A DNA stretch of 64,000 bases from an uncultured Cytophagia bacterium (GCA_964539665.1 CAZIKB010000003.1:60062-124061), one strand, 5' to 3'; counted from the first letter of the stretch, positions 28,381 through 38,684 are shown. Translations and numbers: made by a program. Notes: a model not told the origin generated them from the letters alone.

Positions 28381-29628
28381 ATGAAAGTTCTCATGATAGA
28401 TAAGTATTTTTTTATTAAAGGTGGCGCAGAACGTTATTTCTTTGAATTGAAGGATATATTAGAGGATAAAGGACATAAAGTGATCCCGTTTTCCATGAAG
28501 CATCCCGACAACTTTGAAACTCCTTATGAAAAATATTTTGTGAATAACATAGACTATGAATTCACTTCAGTCTTTAAAAAAGCGCTCGCTTTTCCACAGA
28601 TTACTGCGCGCATGCTTTATTCATTCCATGCGAAAAATCGACTAGAGAAATTGTTGTCAGACGAAAGGCCAGATATTGCCCACCTTCATATGATTGATCA
28701 TCAGTTGTCTCCATCGATATTACATACGCTTAAAAAGCATAAAATCCCTGTAATACAGACTATTCATCAGTATAAACTTGTATGTCCAAACTATCGTCTG
28801 TATAACCCCACGACAAATAAAATTTGTGAAAAATGCCTGGATGGAAATCTGTTTCATCCAATTATTGAAAAATGTCATAAGAATTCGCAATTGGCCAGCG
28901 CTTTAATTGCGATAGAAAGTTATTTTCATCGATTTATCCGTATTTATGAAAAGAACATTGACATATTTCATACGCCAAGTCGATTCATGGGGGATAAACT
29001 TAAATGCGCCAATATTGGCAATGGAAAAATTCGACATCTTTTTTATTCTTTGAATTTAGATAATTATCAACCCCATATCGAGTTCGATGATTATATCGTC
29101 TATTTTGGGAGATTAGCAATTGAAAAAGGTGTCCTGACGCTTCTCAAAGCTATGCAAAAGCTCAGTCATGTAAAATTGCGGGTTGTTGGTGACGGCCCGG
29201 AACGTAAAACATTGGAAGAGTATGCAAATCTTAATAATTTATCTAATGTTGTTTTTGTTGGTAATAAAGACGGTGACGAATTAAAGTCGATAATTCAAAA
29301 TAGTAAGTTCGTGATTATACCATCAGAATGGTATGATAACTCGCCTCTGGTCATTTATGAAGCATTTGCTTACGGTAAACCTGTTATTGGGGCCCGGATG
29401 GGTGGAATTCCAGAGTTAATTGATCATAAAATAAACGGATTCCATTATGAAGCTGGAAATGATGAAGAATTAGCTGAACACATCAAATATCTCTCTAGCC
29501 AACCATATCTTATTGCTGAATTTGGTAATCAAGCTCGAGCAAAAGCGGAAAGAGAATTTGAACCGGAACATCATTACAAGCAAATGTATGCCTGGTATGA
29601 AGAATTACTTGTTGGTAATGAAAAATAA
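28381..29628 (+). CDS. GT4 (GT-B) glycosyltransferase with a four-Cys insertion
   Basis: GRLAIEKGV...PSEWYDNSPLVIYEAFAYGKPVIGARMGGIPELI. Cys135/149/152/165 are spaced C-x13-C-x2-C-x12-C. Confidence 0.85.
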   Translation: MKVLMIDKYFFIKGGAERYFFELKDILEDKGHKVIPFSMKHPDNFETPYEKYFVNNIDYEFTSVFKKALAFPQITARMLYSFHAKNRLEKLLSDERPDIAHLHMIDHQLSPSILHTLKKHKIPVIQTIHQYKLVCPNYRLYNPTTNKICEKCLDGNLFHPIIEKCHKNSQLASALIAIESYFHRFIRIYEKNIDIFHTPSRFMGDKLKCANIGNGKIRHLFYSLNLDNYQPHIEFDDYIVYFGRLAIEKGVLTLLKAMQKLSHVKLRVVGDGPERKTLEEYANLNNLSNVVFVGNKDGDELKSIIQNSKFVIIPSEWYDNSPLVIYEAFAYGKPVIGARMGGIPELIDHKINGFHYEAGNDEELAEHIKYLSSQPYLIAEFGNQARAKAEREFEPEHHYKQMYAWYEELLVGNEK

Positions 29629-29980
29629 CCTGTGCAAATCAATCGATTTACATGTTAGGGGTCGCTCAAAAATATAGTTGCTTTCTCGGATTCAAATATC
29701 GCGATAGTAAAATTTCTAATTACAAAAATGCTAAGTGCATAGAGCCGAGGGCAAAGCCGCAAGTTTCACTCTGCGCCACGCGAAAGGTAATGTAATTGCG
29801 TTCAACATGATATTACAATTTATCTACATCACATACGGAATAATGCCGCTGGCTCTTCAACTGTACAGGATCATTTAGTTATATGATGCTAATCTTATAA
29901 ACTTTCCATTTGTTGTAATTACTAAGCTTACTGTTGAGGCTGTCAAAAAAGTTTTCGTTTTCAGCTAACTTCATGCTGAA

Positions 29981-30070
29981 TCCCGAAGGTTTTGAAGTAA
30001 ATTGGGCACTGTTTCAAGCCTTTTGTTGCATTTAAAAGTTGAATTTAGATATCGAATCAAACCTTCGGGA
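29981..30070. repeat. long-range inverted repeat TCCCGAAGGTTTTGA ... TCAAACCTTCGGGA (function unknown)
   Basis: Arms at 29981-29995 and 30057-30070: 14 of 15 positions complementary with one bulged T, 61-nt spacer. Lies inside the 1.16-kb ORF-free gap. Confidence 0.5.
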
Positions 30071-30256
30071 GGTTAGGTTGACGCCAATGCGAAGTGAATT
30101 CAGGAAAGCATATTGATAATTAGTGACTTAGGTGTCTTTCTGATCCGCTCATGATGAAGCCAAATTAATTTATCAACAATCTCGTTAGGCGTATATTGTT
30201 AGTTGACCAATATGTTTTATTCTAAATATTCAACTGCTGCGAACTTAAAGCTAATT

Positions 30257-30272
30257 TGGCGCAGCATTTGCA
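30257..30272 (+). promoter_or_regulatory. candidate sigma-54 (-24/-12) promoter
   Basis: TGGCGC-agcat-TTGCA versus consensus TGGCAC-N5-TTGCA/T, with correct GG/GC spacing. Next gene start (30786) is ~510 nt downstream. Confidence 0.4.
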
Positions 30273-30785
30273 ACAGTGCTGGTGATTTATTTTGCATTCG
30301 CTTGTAACCTTACTTCATTGTATGCTTTTTAAAAGTTACTTTATTTTTGACCGGTATTATGAAACACATCCTGAACCAGTCGATTCGGTTATTTAAGTTG
30401 TTAATAGTTGAATTTATAAAGTTTAGGATAATACTACAGAGTGTACCTGTGAATTAAAGATATACTATATTTATTGATAGTAAATAATTTTGAAATGCAA
30501 TAAATAATAAGTATTATACAGCATATTATGAGTAAATTGCTCAATATACAACACATGTACATTATTGAAACACTGATCAATTGTCGGGACGTGTTTCAAA
30601 GCTAATTTATTATTAACAAGAAATAATTTATAAGGTGATTTAACACAATATTATTTAGAAAGTAACACCATTGCCGATATATTTCATGAGAAGCGTTCTG
30701 GGTCACATATAAAACAGGTAAATCCTCTACCTTTGCAGAGTGCATTATTTCCAACTGGGCTGAAGATAAAAATACAAAATTTGAA

Positions 30786-32477
30786 ATGCTTCAATTAAAT
30801 AAATATCTAAATTTGAAAAAAAATAATAAAAATAAATCAGTGCAATTAGTGCTTTTTATTACAGTCGTGGGTATAATCTTTCGATTATTTCTAATGCGCT
30901 ATAGATTTGCTGTTGGATTTGATGAAGTTAATTATTTAAAACTTGGAGTGAGCGGTCACTTGAACGGATTATCCGATATTCTACATACTTACTGGTCACC
31001 GCTTCTACCGATGCTAATTTCATTCTCGAGTGGAATTTTTGATAATTATGAATTTGCTGGTCGTATTATATCAATTTTAGCCGGAACATTATTAGTAATT
31101 CCGGTTTATAGCCTGGGCAAATATGTTTATGATGAGAAAATCGGACTGATTGCGGCTGGATTTGTTGCTATTTATCCACCATTGGCTTTTCAAGCAACGA
31201 ATGTCAAGACAGAACCTGTTTATATGCTTTTCGCAATCATTGCAATTATTTTTGGCCTGCGAATGTTAAATCGAGAATCAAAGGGATTTGCCTTTCTTGC
31301 CGGATTATTTTCAGGTTTAGCTTATCTTACCCATCCCCAGGGTATGGGCTTTTGTATTGTGATTGCGTTTTGGATTTTATTTAGTACCTTGTTCAGGCTC
31401 TATGCATTTCGATTTCGACGAATGATTGTGCTGTTCGCTATTTTGAGTTTTGGTTTTATCATTATTGCTGCTCCTTATTTAATTTATTTGAAAAAGGCAA
31501 CCGGAGGCTGGACTTTAAGCGCCAAAGGCGCTGCAAATCAGCAAATGGAGGCTCACGTGAGTGAAGAAGGGCAAGATGCGTTTCGAGCGCTGGATGCAAG
31601 TAACAAAAACGTGCTCTTCGATCAAATTTTTCATAAAGGTGATTTCTTGGATGCAACCAATGATGGAACGGATCCTGTGACAGTAGTCAGGCTCGGCCCG
31701 CTCTTTTTCAAGTATATTGAGAACCTGGCAAACATGTTAAAAGGTACAATTCCGGAATTTTTTACTACCCTGCCGATGATTCTTTTGGGAATCGGTTTGT
31801 TTGGAGAAAGATGGCAATCCCAACAAGGCAAAATCATCCTGTATCTTGTAAGCTTCATTGTGTTTTTTTGGTTAATATTAATTCCATTGTTTCATCTCAA
31901 TTTAAGGTACCTTTCACCACTCTGGCCGCTCTGTGCAATATGGATTGCAAAAGGCGCCAGCCACATATATGGTTGGTTAGCATCTTATATGCCGTTGGTA
32001 AACTTTTCGAAGAGATTTGATAACAAATTAAATTCTAATACTGTTGCAGTGGTTATTATTCTTGCAGTTTTTTTTAGTTTGACTTTTCTGCCGGAATTGG
32101 GACGTGTTATATCAAGACGTTCAGATACGAGAGAATACTGGGGTGATGCTGTAGATCAAAAAAAAGCAGGCCTTTGGATAAAAGAAAAAATGCCTGGAGA
32201 TAAGTCAATTATGAGTTATAATCATGCGGTAAGTTTTTATGCCGGCAGCTATGATATTAGCCAATCTATTGAAATTCCTGATAATGGGATAGAACGCATT
32301 TTGAAATACGCAAAGTATAGAAAAGTAAATTTACTTGTTCTAAATGAAAGATATAAAATAGTTTTTCCCAGAATCAATTATTTATTAAGTTCTGAAAATG
32401 TCCCGGATGGACTTGAATTAGTTTATCAGGATATGGATCGTTCAGGACTAAAAACCGTGATATATAAAATATTGTAA
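30786..32477 (+). CDS. GT-C fold glycosyltransferase (ArnT/PMT-like), copy 2
   Basis: Polytopic protein with the first-loop motif VGFDEVNYLKLG. Size and architecture match 18699..20384. Confidence 0.7.
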   Translation: MLQLNKYLNLKKNNKNKSVQLVLFITVVGIIFRLFLMRYRFAVGFDEVNYLKLGVSGHLNGLSDILHTYWSPLLPMLISFSSGIFDNYEFAGRIISILAGTLLVIPVYSLGKYVYDEKIGLIAAGFVAIYPPLAFQATNVKTEPVYMLFAIIAIIFGLRMLNRESKGFAFLAGLFSGLAYLTHPQGMGFCIVIAFWILFSTLFRLYAFRFRRMIVLFAILSFGFIIIAAPYLIYLKKATGGWTLSAKGAANQQMEAHVSEEGQDAFRALDASNKNVLFDQIFHKGDFLDATNDGTDPVTVVRLGPLFFKYIENLANMLKGTIPEFFTTLPMILLGIGLFGERWQSQQGKIILYLVSFIVFFWLILIPLFHLNLRYLSPLWPLCAIWIAKGASHIYGWLASYMPLVNFSKRFDNKLNSNTVAVVIILAVFFSLTFLPELGRVISRRSDTREYWGDAVDQKKAGLWIKEKMPGDKSIMSYNHAVSFYAGSYDISQSIEIPDNGIERILKYAKYRKVNLLVLNERYKIVFPRINYLLSSENVPDGLELVYQDMDRSGLKTVIYKIL

Positions 32478-32484
32478 ATTAAAA

Positions 32485-33882
32485 ATGACAGGTTTAATAT
32501 TTAATTCAGAAATTGTTTATTTTGGGCTCGTAGTGGTCATTTTTACCCTGGGATTTATAATGTTCTCTAATCACGCTTATTTTCTTTTGGCGGCAGGCAC
32601 AATATCAGCGGCCTTTCAGGGTGGTCTGTGGATTCCGTCATTCAATACAGATTTCTATTTGAGCTTTATTATCTTCAGCATTCTTTTAGTCTATTCCTAT
32701 GTAAATCCTAAAAGCAATAATGGAATACGGTATAATAACAAAGTTATGATCTTTGCCTGGCTTGGTGTATTTCTTTTTTCGATATTTGCCATCACAAAGG
32801 CACTGGATGTAAGCAAGGCACGCCAGGCAATTATCTTGTTTTCTATCGATTTAGTGATATTTTTTGCAATATGGCGAACTGTTCGAACTCCCAAGGATGT
32901 TCAATTTTTTATTGCCTGCCTAATAGCAGCTTTAATTGTTCAGAGTATGATTGGTATGCTGCAATACAAAATCCCACTTTTTAAAATTGGCATTATTGAT
33001 CAGGTTCTGGCAGAGGGTAAAACAAAATGGTACCGCGCTAAAGGTACGTTTTATCATCCCAATGGATTTGGAATGTATATAATGATTATGCTGCCCATTG
33101 CGTACCGTGGCTTAATTAACGCATACATGCAAAAAAATATAAAGTGGCGTTTTTATTGTATCGTGGGATTGACATTTGGAATTGTTGCGCTGCTGGCCTC
33201 ATTTAATCGTGGTTCCTGGGCGGGTTTATTTGTTGGATTCTTTATAATGTGTATGGTAGATTTTTTTCGTCGAAAGAAAAAAATTACCAAAGTACTTTCA
33301 AATTTAATTGTTGCTGCCTTTATCTTTGGTACCATAATTTCGATTAAATTTGCCCCGGTTGTGTTAGAACGAATATATGGGGCCGATGCTGATGAACAAG
33401 TTGAAAACAGATCTTCTCAGATGGTTGAGGCAACTGAATTGATTAAGCAAAATCCATTTATAGGAGTAGGGTATGGCAATGATCTATTTTATGCCGCACA
33501 GATATTTGTGCATAACCTTTATTTATTGATCGCTGCTGAAGCTGGCATTCCTGGATTGATCTTTTTCTTATGGTTTTTGATTGAATTATTTAGGGAAACC
33601 TGGAGGACAAGCGGATCGCAAATTATCTATTGTGCTAATTACTCTCGTGGTTTTATCGCATCACTAATAGGTTTTTGTATTTCTTCCTGGGTAGGTCCCG
33701 ATTTTTGGATACATTATGGAGTTCAATCATATTTCTGGCTTTTAGTTAGTCTTGTGTTTGTTGTAGGGCGGTTAGATCGAAATTTAATATATAAACAAAA
33801 AATGATGCAAAAGCGACAAAGAGAGACGGTTGCACACAATAACATACCAGTTTTGATGAGTACAAGCGGATATCCTAAATAA
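32485..33882 (+). CDS. O-antigen ligase / Wzy-like polymerase family membrane protein
   Basis: About 10-12 TM helices, FNRGSWAGLFVGFF motif and a large loop with GVGYGN. Confidence 0.7.
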   Translation: MTGLIFNSEIVYFGLVVVIFTLGFIMFSNHAYFLLAAGTISAAFQGGLWIPSFNTDFYLSFIIFSILLVYSYVNPKSNNGIRYNNKVMIFAWLGVFLFSIFAITKALDVSKARQAIILFSIDLVIFFAIWRTVRTPKDVQFFIACLIAALIVQSMIGMLQYKIPLFKIGIIDQVLAEGKTKWYRAKGTFYHPNGFGMYIMIMLPIAYRGLINAYMQKNIKWRFYCIVGLTFGIVALLASFNRGSWAGLFVGFFIMCMVDFFRRKKKITKVLSNLIVAAFIFGTIISIKFAPVVLERIYGADADEQVENRSSQMVEATELIKQNPFIGVGYGNDLFYAAQIFVHNLYLLIAAEAGIPGLIFFLWFLIELFRETWRTSGSQIIYCANYSRGFIASLIGFCISSWVGPDFWIHYGVQSYFWLLVSLVFVVGRLDRNLIYKQKMMQKRQRETVAHNNIPVLMSTSGYPK

Positions 33883-33946
33883 GTGGATTTTGTGCAATGC
33901 GTTATTCTCAAATTTATTTTCACATTTTTAGACGGTTAATACACGA

Positions 33947-35746
33947 ATGAAGGAGTACAGTATGGCAATTCTCTCTTTTAGTAATGAGCATGAAGCTGGT
34001 GCGGCAATTATCAGGCATGGTAAAATTGTTGCCGCGATTAATGAGGAACGACTTACCCGGGTAAAAAATCAAGATGGATTCCCAAATCTATCAATTGCTT
34101 ACGTACTTCAGAAATCTAACTTGCGACCAAATGATATTAATCATGTTATTATACCTGAAATTAGTAAAATACGCGATATTTTTACGAATGTTCTTGTGCA
34201 ATATCCACTAAATGTATTCTATAAATCACCTGGAATGCAGTGCAGTTTTACAGATTATCTACGTCAATTACTATTATCAGGTTATATTTTAGTTAGAACC
34301 TATGCGCGAGTTCTACTTGACCATCGAAGAGATGAAAAACTGCTGCGAAAGATGTTCCCGAGGGCTGAATTTCACCGATTGAACCATCATCTATCTCATG
34401 CCGCTTCAACTTTTTTCACCAGTGGTTTTGAAAAAGCAATGATTATTACAGCCGATTATTGGGGAGACTTTACAACAACTATGGTTTCAATTGGCGAAGG
34501 TAAGAAAATTCGTCCTGTGGAACAAAGCTATTATCCGCATTCGTTAGGACATTACTACGCCAGTTTAACTAATTGGCTTGGCTTTCGTCCGAACCGGCAT
34601 GAAGGTAAAATCCTTGGTCTGGCAGCAATGGGCGATCCTGAATCTCCGGTTTATGATATGATCAAGGATTTATTGATTTGTGATGGACTTAAAATAAAAG
34701 CGCCCTTCATGATTGGTAAAATGTGGCATAAAAATGTTCGATGGTTCAAGAACTGTTTAATGCGCCAAATGGTTGATAATTATTCACGTGAAGATATATC
34801 TGCTGCATTCCAGCGCAGGTTTGAGGAAGTATTTGTTGAATTGGTTAAAAATGCGGTGAAGCAGTTTGGTCTGAAAAATATAGCATTAGCTGGTGGTGCG
34901 TTTGCAAATGTTAAGCTTAACCAAAATATTTTAGAAGTTGACGGAATAGAAAATATTTATATTTATCCGAACATGAGCGATGGCGGTATTTCTCAAGGCG
35001 CAGCATTATACTATGATATTCAATCAAATGGCAGTATGCCGTCGTTACTGACTAATGTTTATTTCGGTCCAAGTTATACCGACGATCAAATCGAGGCGGA
35101 GCTCAAGGAAAGGAATATAAAATATCACAGACATGAAAACATCGAAAAAGAAATAGCTAAATTAATTGCTGAAAGCAATGTGGTGGCACGATTCGCCGGG
35201 GCTATGGAACTCGGTCCACGAGCATTAGGCAATCGTTCCATTCTATACTCCGCGACGGATCCGAAAGTTAATAAATGGCTCAATGCCCGATTGAAGCGAA
35301 CTGAATTTATGCCATTTGCACCCGTGACCCTCGAAGAATATGCTGATAAATGCTACAAAAATTTCAATGGCGCTAAAATAGCATCCAAGTTTATGGTGAT
35401 TACCTTTGACTGCACCGATTTTATGAAAGAAAAATCTCCGGCAACAGTTCATGTGGATGGCACAGCAAGACCGCAAGTTATAAATGAAAAAGACAATCCT
35501 AGCTATTATAATATTCTAAAAGAGTATCATAAACTTACCGGCATTCCAACCCTGGTGAATACCAGTTTTAATATGCACGAAGAACCGATAGTATGTACTC
35601 CTCAGGATGCAATTCGCTCATTTTTACAGGGTACTCTGGATTACCTGGCAATTGGAAATTTCTTAGTGAAAAATAAGGATAAGGAATCACCTGAGAAAGG
35701 ACATGTTGATGAATTAAAGGAAGTCCCTTTCAAAGAATTAGTCTGA
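33947..35746 (+). CDS. carbamoyltransferase (NodU/CmcH family), copy 2 (start may be ATG 33962)
   Basis: MAILSFSNEHEAGAAII...AAINEERLTRVKNQDGFP...HHLSHAASTFF...MELGPRALGNRSI...NTSFNMHEEPIV. Confidence 0.9.
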   Translation: MKEYSMAILSFSNEHEAGAAIIRHGKIVAAINEERLTRVKNQDGFPNLSIAYVLQKSNLRPNDINHVIIPEISKIRDIFTNVLVQYPLNVFYKSPGMQCSFTDYLRQLLLSGYILVRTYARVLLDHRRDEKLLRKMFPRAEFHRLNHHLSHAASTFFTSGFEKAMIITADYWGDFTTTMVSIGEGKKIRPVEQSYYPHSLGHYYASLTNWLGFRPNRHEGKILGLAAMGDPESPVYDMIKDLLICDGLKIKAPFMIGKMWHKNVRWFKNCLMRQMVDNYSREDISAAFQRRFEEVFVELVKNAVKQFGLKNIALAGGAFANVKLNQNILEVDGIENIYIYPNMSDGGISQGAALYYDIQSNGSMPSLLTNVYFGPSYTDDQIEAELKERNIKYHRHENIEKEIAKLIAESNVVARFAGAMELGPRALGNRSILYSATDPKVNKWLNARLKRTEFMPFAPVTLEEYADKCYKNFNGAKIASKFMVITFDCTDFMKEKSPATVHVDGTARPQVINEKDNPSYYNILKEYHKLTGIPTLVNTSFNMHEEPIVCTPQDAIRSFLQGTLDYLAIGNFLVKNKDKESPEKGHVDELKEVPFKELV

Positions 35747-35776
35747 GAGATTTCGATTCGATTGTGTGACTTTATT

Positions 35777-37219
35777 ATGAGCCGAGAGAACAAGTTTTTT
35801 AAAAATACACTCGCAATTTCGTTAGCACATGGACTGCAACCTTTTCTTTCTTTAGTATTATCGCTGGCAATAGCTCGACTGCTGGGCAAGGAAAGTTTTG
35901 GAGTCTATGCAACTATATTTTATTTGATTGCGATTTTCGAGATGATAAGTTCTTTAGGGGTGAAAACGGTTTTAACTCGCGAAGTAGCAAAAGATAAATC
36001 ATCTGCTTCAAATTACATCACAAGCAGTGTCATAGTTACGTTCGCGTTATCCATACTGGCCATTATTTTACTACATATTACTGTTCGGTCTATCAAGTAT
36101 GATGATATAATTTTGCAACCAGTTTACATCCTGGCCTGGTCTCTGATTGCTTCTGGAATTGCAGATTCTTTAGAAGGAATACTGCAAGGTTTGGAGAAAA
36201 TTCAAGCCATCGCGAGCGCCTGGATGATTGAGCAGATACTACGTGTGGCCGTAAGTCTCTTTATTATCTACAATGGATATGGCATAATTGAATTGGCGCT
36301 GGTTTATGCTGTGATACGCTATGTTTACCCTGTGCTTCTTTATTGGATGTTAATGAGGACGACAAAAAAAATAAGGTGGCAGCCGGACTTAAATTTAGTA
36401 AAAAAATTATTTTCAGCAACAAGAGTTTTTGGCCCAATAATGATTTTTGTTTCTGTATACTGGCGAATAGATTCTATTATATTAGCTAAGGTTTTAGATC
36501 TTAAGGATGTAGGCATTTATAATGCCGGCAATAAACTTTTTTGGTTTTTTATTATTCTGGTACGAAGTTTCTTTGCATCTTTTTATCCACTTGTTTCTGA
36601 TATATTTGCTAATCGAGCTTCACGGTTTGAAATTGTATGCAAGAAATCTATATTCTATTTATTGGCCTTACTGGTACCGATTGCTGTATCTATTACACTG
36701 TTTTCCGAACAAATTATAACAACATTGTGGGGCCAACAATACATTGGAGCGGGCACTGTTTTACAAATATTAATTTGGTGTACATTGCCATACGCTGTGT
36801 CCAAAGTGTTCGCGTATGCCTTTATCTCGAGCAATTTGCAGCGTTTTGATCTTTGGGTAAACATTATAGGGGTGGCTTTTAAAGTTACAATATTTACAAT
36901 AATGATAAATTTATATGGAGTTGTAGGTGGAGCCTGGGCAAATTTGATTGGCATGTTTTTTGTAGTGGTGATACAGTTGCCATTTGTTATGAATTATTTA
37001 TTTAAGTTTGAACTCAGTTCTATGTTAATGCCTTGTGTAAAACTTTTAATTGCTGTTTTTTCGATGTTTGTAATAGGAAAATTGTTCCCACATGTTAATT
37101 TCATTTTGATGGGAGTCGTAATAAATGTTATTTATTTTGCAACTTTATTTCTAATAAAAGTATTCAATGATGAAGATAAGTTACTTTTTCGTAAGTTATT
37201 ACATCTTAGCAGGACATAG
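35777..37219 (+). CDS. polysaccharide flippase (Wzx-like, MOP superfamily), copy 2
   Basis: About 12-14 TM helices. ATG at 35777 is preferred over TTG at 35762 in the same frame. Confidence 0.75.
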   Translation: MSRENKFFKNTLAISLAHGLQPFLSLVLSLAIARLLGKESFGVYATIFYLIAIFEMISSLGVKTVLTREVAKDKSSASNYITSSVIVTFALSILAIILLHITVRSIKYDDIILQPVYILAWSLIASGIADSLEGILQGLEKIQAIASAWMIEQILRVAVSLFIIYNGYGIIELALVYAVIRYVYPVLLYWMLMRTTKKIRWQPDLNLVKKLFSATRVFGPIMIFVSVYWRIDSIILAKVLDLKDVGIYNAGNKLFWFFIILVRSFFASFYPLVSDIFANRASRFEIVCKKSIFYLLALLVPIAVSITLFSEQIITTLWGQQYIGAGTVLQILIWCTLPYAVSKVFAYAFISSNLQRFDLWVNIIGVAFKVTIFTIMINLYGVVGGAWANLIGMFFVVVIQLPFVMNYLFKFELSSMLMPCVKLLIAVFSMFVIGKLFPHVNFILMGVVINVIYFATLFLIKVFNDEDKLLFRKLLHLSRT

Positions 37220-37248
37220 TAAATAAATATTGCAGGCAGGGAACGTAA

Positions 37249-38628
37249 ATGTCTTTTAAAAAACCAAATATAATTTTAATTATGATAGATTGCGGGCGGG
37301 CTGATCATTTTTCTATTTATAATGATAGTAAAAATACGACTCCAAATTTAAAAAAAATAGCTGCGGAAAGCATGGTTTACAATAATGCTATCTCACCTGC
37401 CGGTTGGACCTTGCCAACCCATTCATCAATATTTACTGGTGTTTATCCCTCGCAACACGGCGCCCACAATGAAAATCATCAACTCTCAAATGAATACCCA
37501 ACGCTTGCAGAATTGCTTGTTGAACAAGGGTACAAGACTTTTGGAATCTGTACTATAGATTGGCTAAGTCAGGCTACCGGAGTAATTAGAGGATTCCAGG
37601 AATTTGATAACTTACATTTTAGTAAGTCAAAATTAATATTGAAAAGAATGTTACAATACCCCATAATTGGCGGGAAGGACTGCTGGGGATATGAAACCAA
37701 CAGAAAAGCGAAAAAATGGCTAAAACAAAATGATTCAGGCAATCCATTTTTTATGTATCTCCATTATAATGAATTGCATCTGCCTTACAACATACCTGAA
37801 AAAATATTGAAGAATTTTTTACCGGAAGATGTGACGGTTGCTAAGGCATTAAAAATTAATCAAGATGCCAAAAAATATTATGCCGGTATTGCAAAAATGA
37901 GTGCAGAGGATTTTAAAATACATAAAGCATTGTATGACGCCGGATTGAAATACACTGACGATTTAATAGGGCAATTGATTGATTTCTTAAGAAAGCAAGA
38001 TATTCTTGATAACACAATTCTTGTCATCACAAGTGACCACGGTGAAAGCTTAGGCGAACACGGACATTTTGACCATTATTACGTCCTTTATGAATCCCTG
38101 CTCCATGTGCCTTTAATGGTTAGATATTTCCCTGTTTTTGGCTCGGGAAAGTCAGATGCGCTTGTGCAAACTATTGATCTATATCCAACTTTATTACAAT
38201 TAGCCGGTGTACCAATTGAAAAATATGAACATCACGCTGCGTTAACCCTTCCCCCGGTTGGAAAAAATAAAGGGCGAGAATATGCGTATGCTGAACGCTT
38301 TCAGGATTTAAAAGGTTTAAAGGAAAGCTTCAAAAATCATGATTTATCACATTTGGAAAAATATGAGCAGGAACGTCTGACTGTTATTAGAGGCGAGCGA
38401 TATAAGCTTATTTATTCTATGCAAGGTCGTCATGAATTGTTCGATTTACACAATGATCCCCGCGAAGAAGAAAATATATTATTAAAAGAACCGGGAATAG
38501 CAGAAATCATGATGGATAAACTAAAAGAGTGGCAATCATCATTTCCATTAAAACAAACAGAAGGAGAAGAAGCATATTTTGATAAAGAGGCTGTTGAACG
38601 TCTAAAAGCATTGGGATATCTTGGTTAA
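37249..38628 (+). CDS. sulfatase-fold (PF00884-type) hydrolase/transferase, Thr nucleophile, no TM or signal peptide; LGY tail
   Basis: IILIMIDCGRADHF, TSDHGESLGEHG and ELFDLHNDPREEENI are family motifs. The FGly site reads T-L-P-T-H-SSIFTG instead of C/S-x-P-x-R. Ends ...AVERLKALGYLG. Confidence 0.8.
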   Translation: MSFKKPNIILIMIDCGRADHFSIYNDSKNTTPNLKKIAAESMVYNNAISPAGWTLPTHSSIFTGVYPSQHGAHNENHQLSNEYPTLAELLVEQGYKTFGICTIDWLSQATGVIRGFQEFDNLHFSKSKLILKRMLQYPIIGGKDCWGYETNRKAKKWLKQNDSGNPFFMYLHYNELHLPYNIPEKILKNFLPEDVTVAKALKINQDAKKYYAGIAKMSAEDFKIHKALYDAGLKYTDDLIGQLIDFLRKQDILDNTILVITSDHGESLGEHGHFDHYYVLYESLLHVPLMVRYFPVFGSGKSDALVQTIDLYPTLLQLAGVPIEKYEHHAALTLPPVGKNKGREYAYAERFQDLKGLKESFKNHDLSHLEKYEQERLTVIRGERYKLIYSMQGRHELFDLHNDPREEENILLKEPGIAEIMMDKLKEWQSSFPLKQTEGEEAYFDKEAVERLKALGYLG

Positions 38629-38684
38629 TTAATTATTACTTATCGACTAATCGATCCATGTATTAAAATTTAGCGAAGGTTAAA

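Noticed and set aside
30359-30457. 33-codon + strand ORF (MKHILNQSIRLFKLLIVEF...) in the 1.16-kb gap, and a 31-aa minus-strand ORF at 29879..29974.
   Set aside because: Both are short, lack a convincing RBS and resemble no family I recognise. ORFs of this size are expected by chance in AT-rich sequence. They are kept only as possibilities under the gap finding.
29629-30785. IS element, prophage remnant or tRNA/ncRNA gene of a known class in the large gap.
   Set aside because: No transposase- or integrase-like translation is visible in any frame. There are no terminal inverted repeats at the gap edges and no tRNA-like cloverleaf segments. I cannot exclude a decayed gene without a database search.
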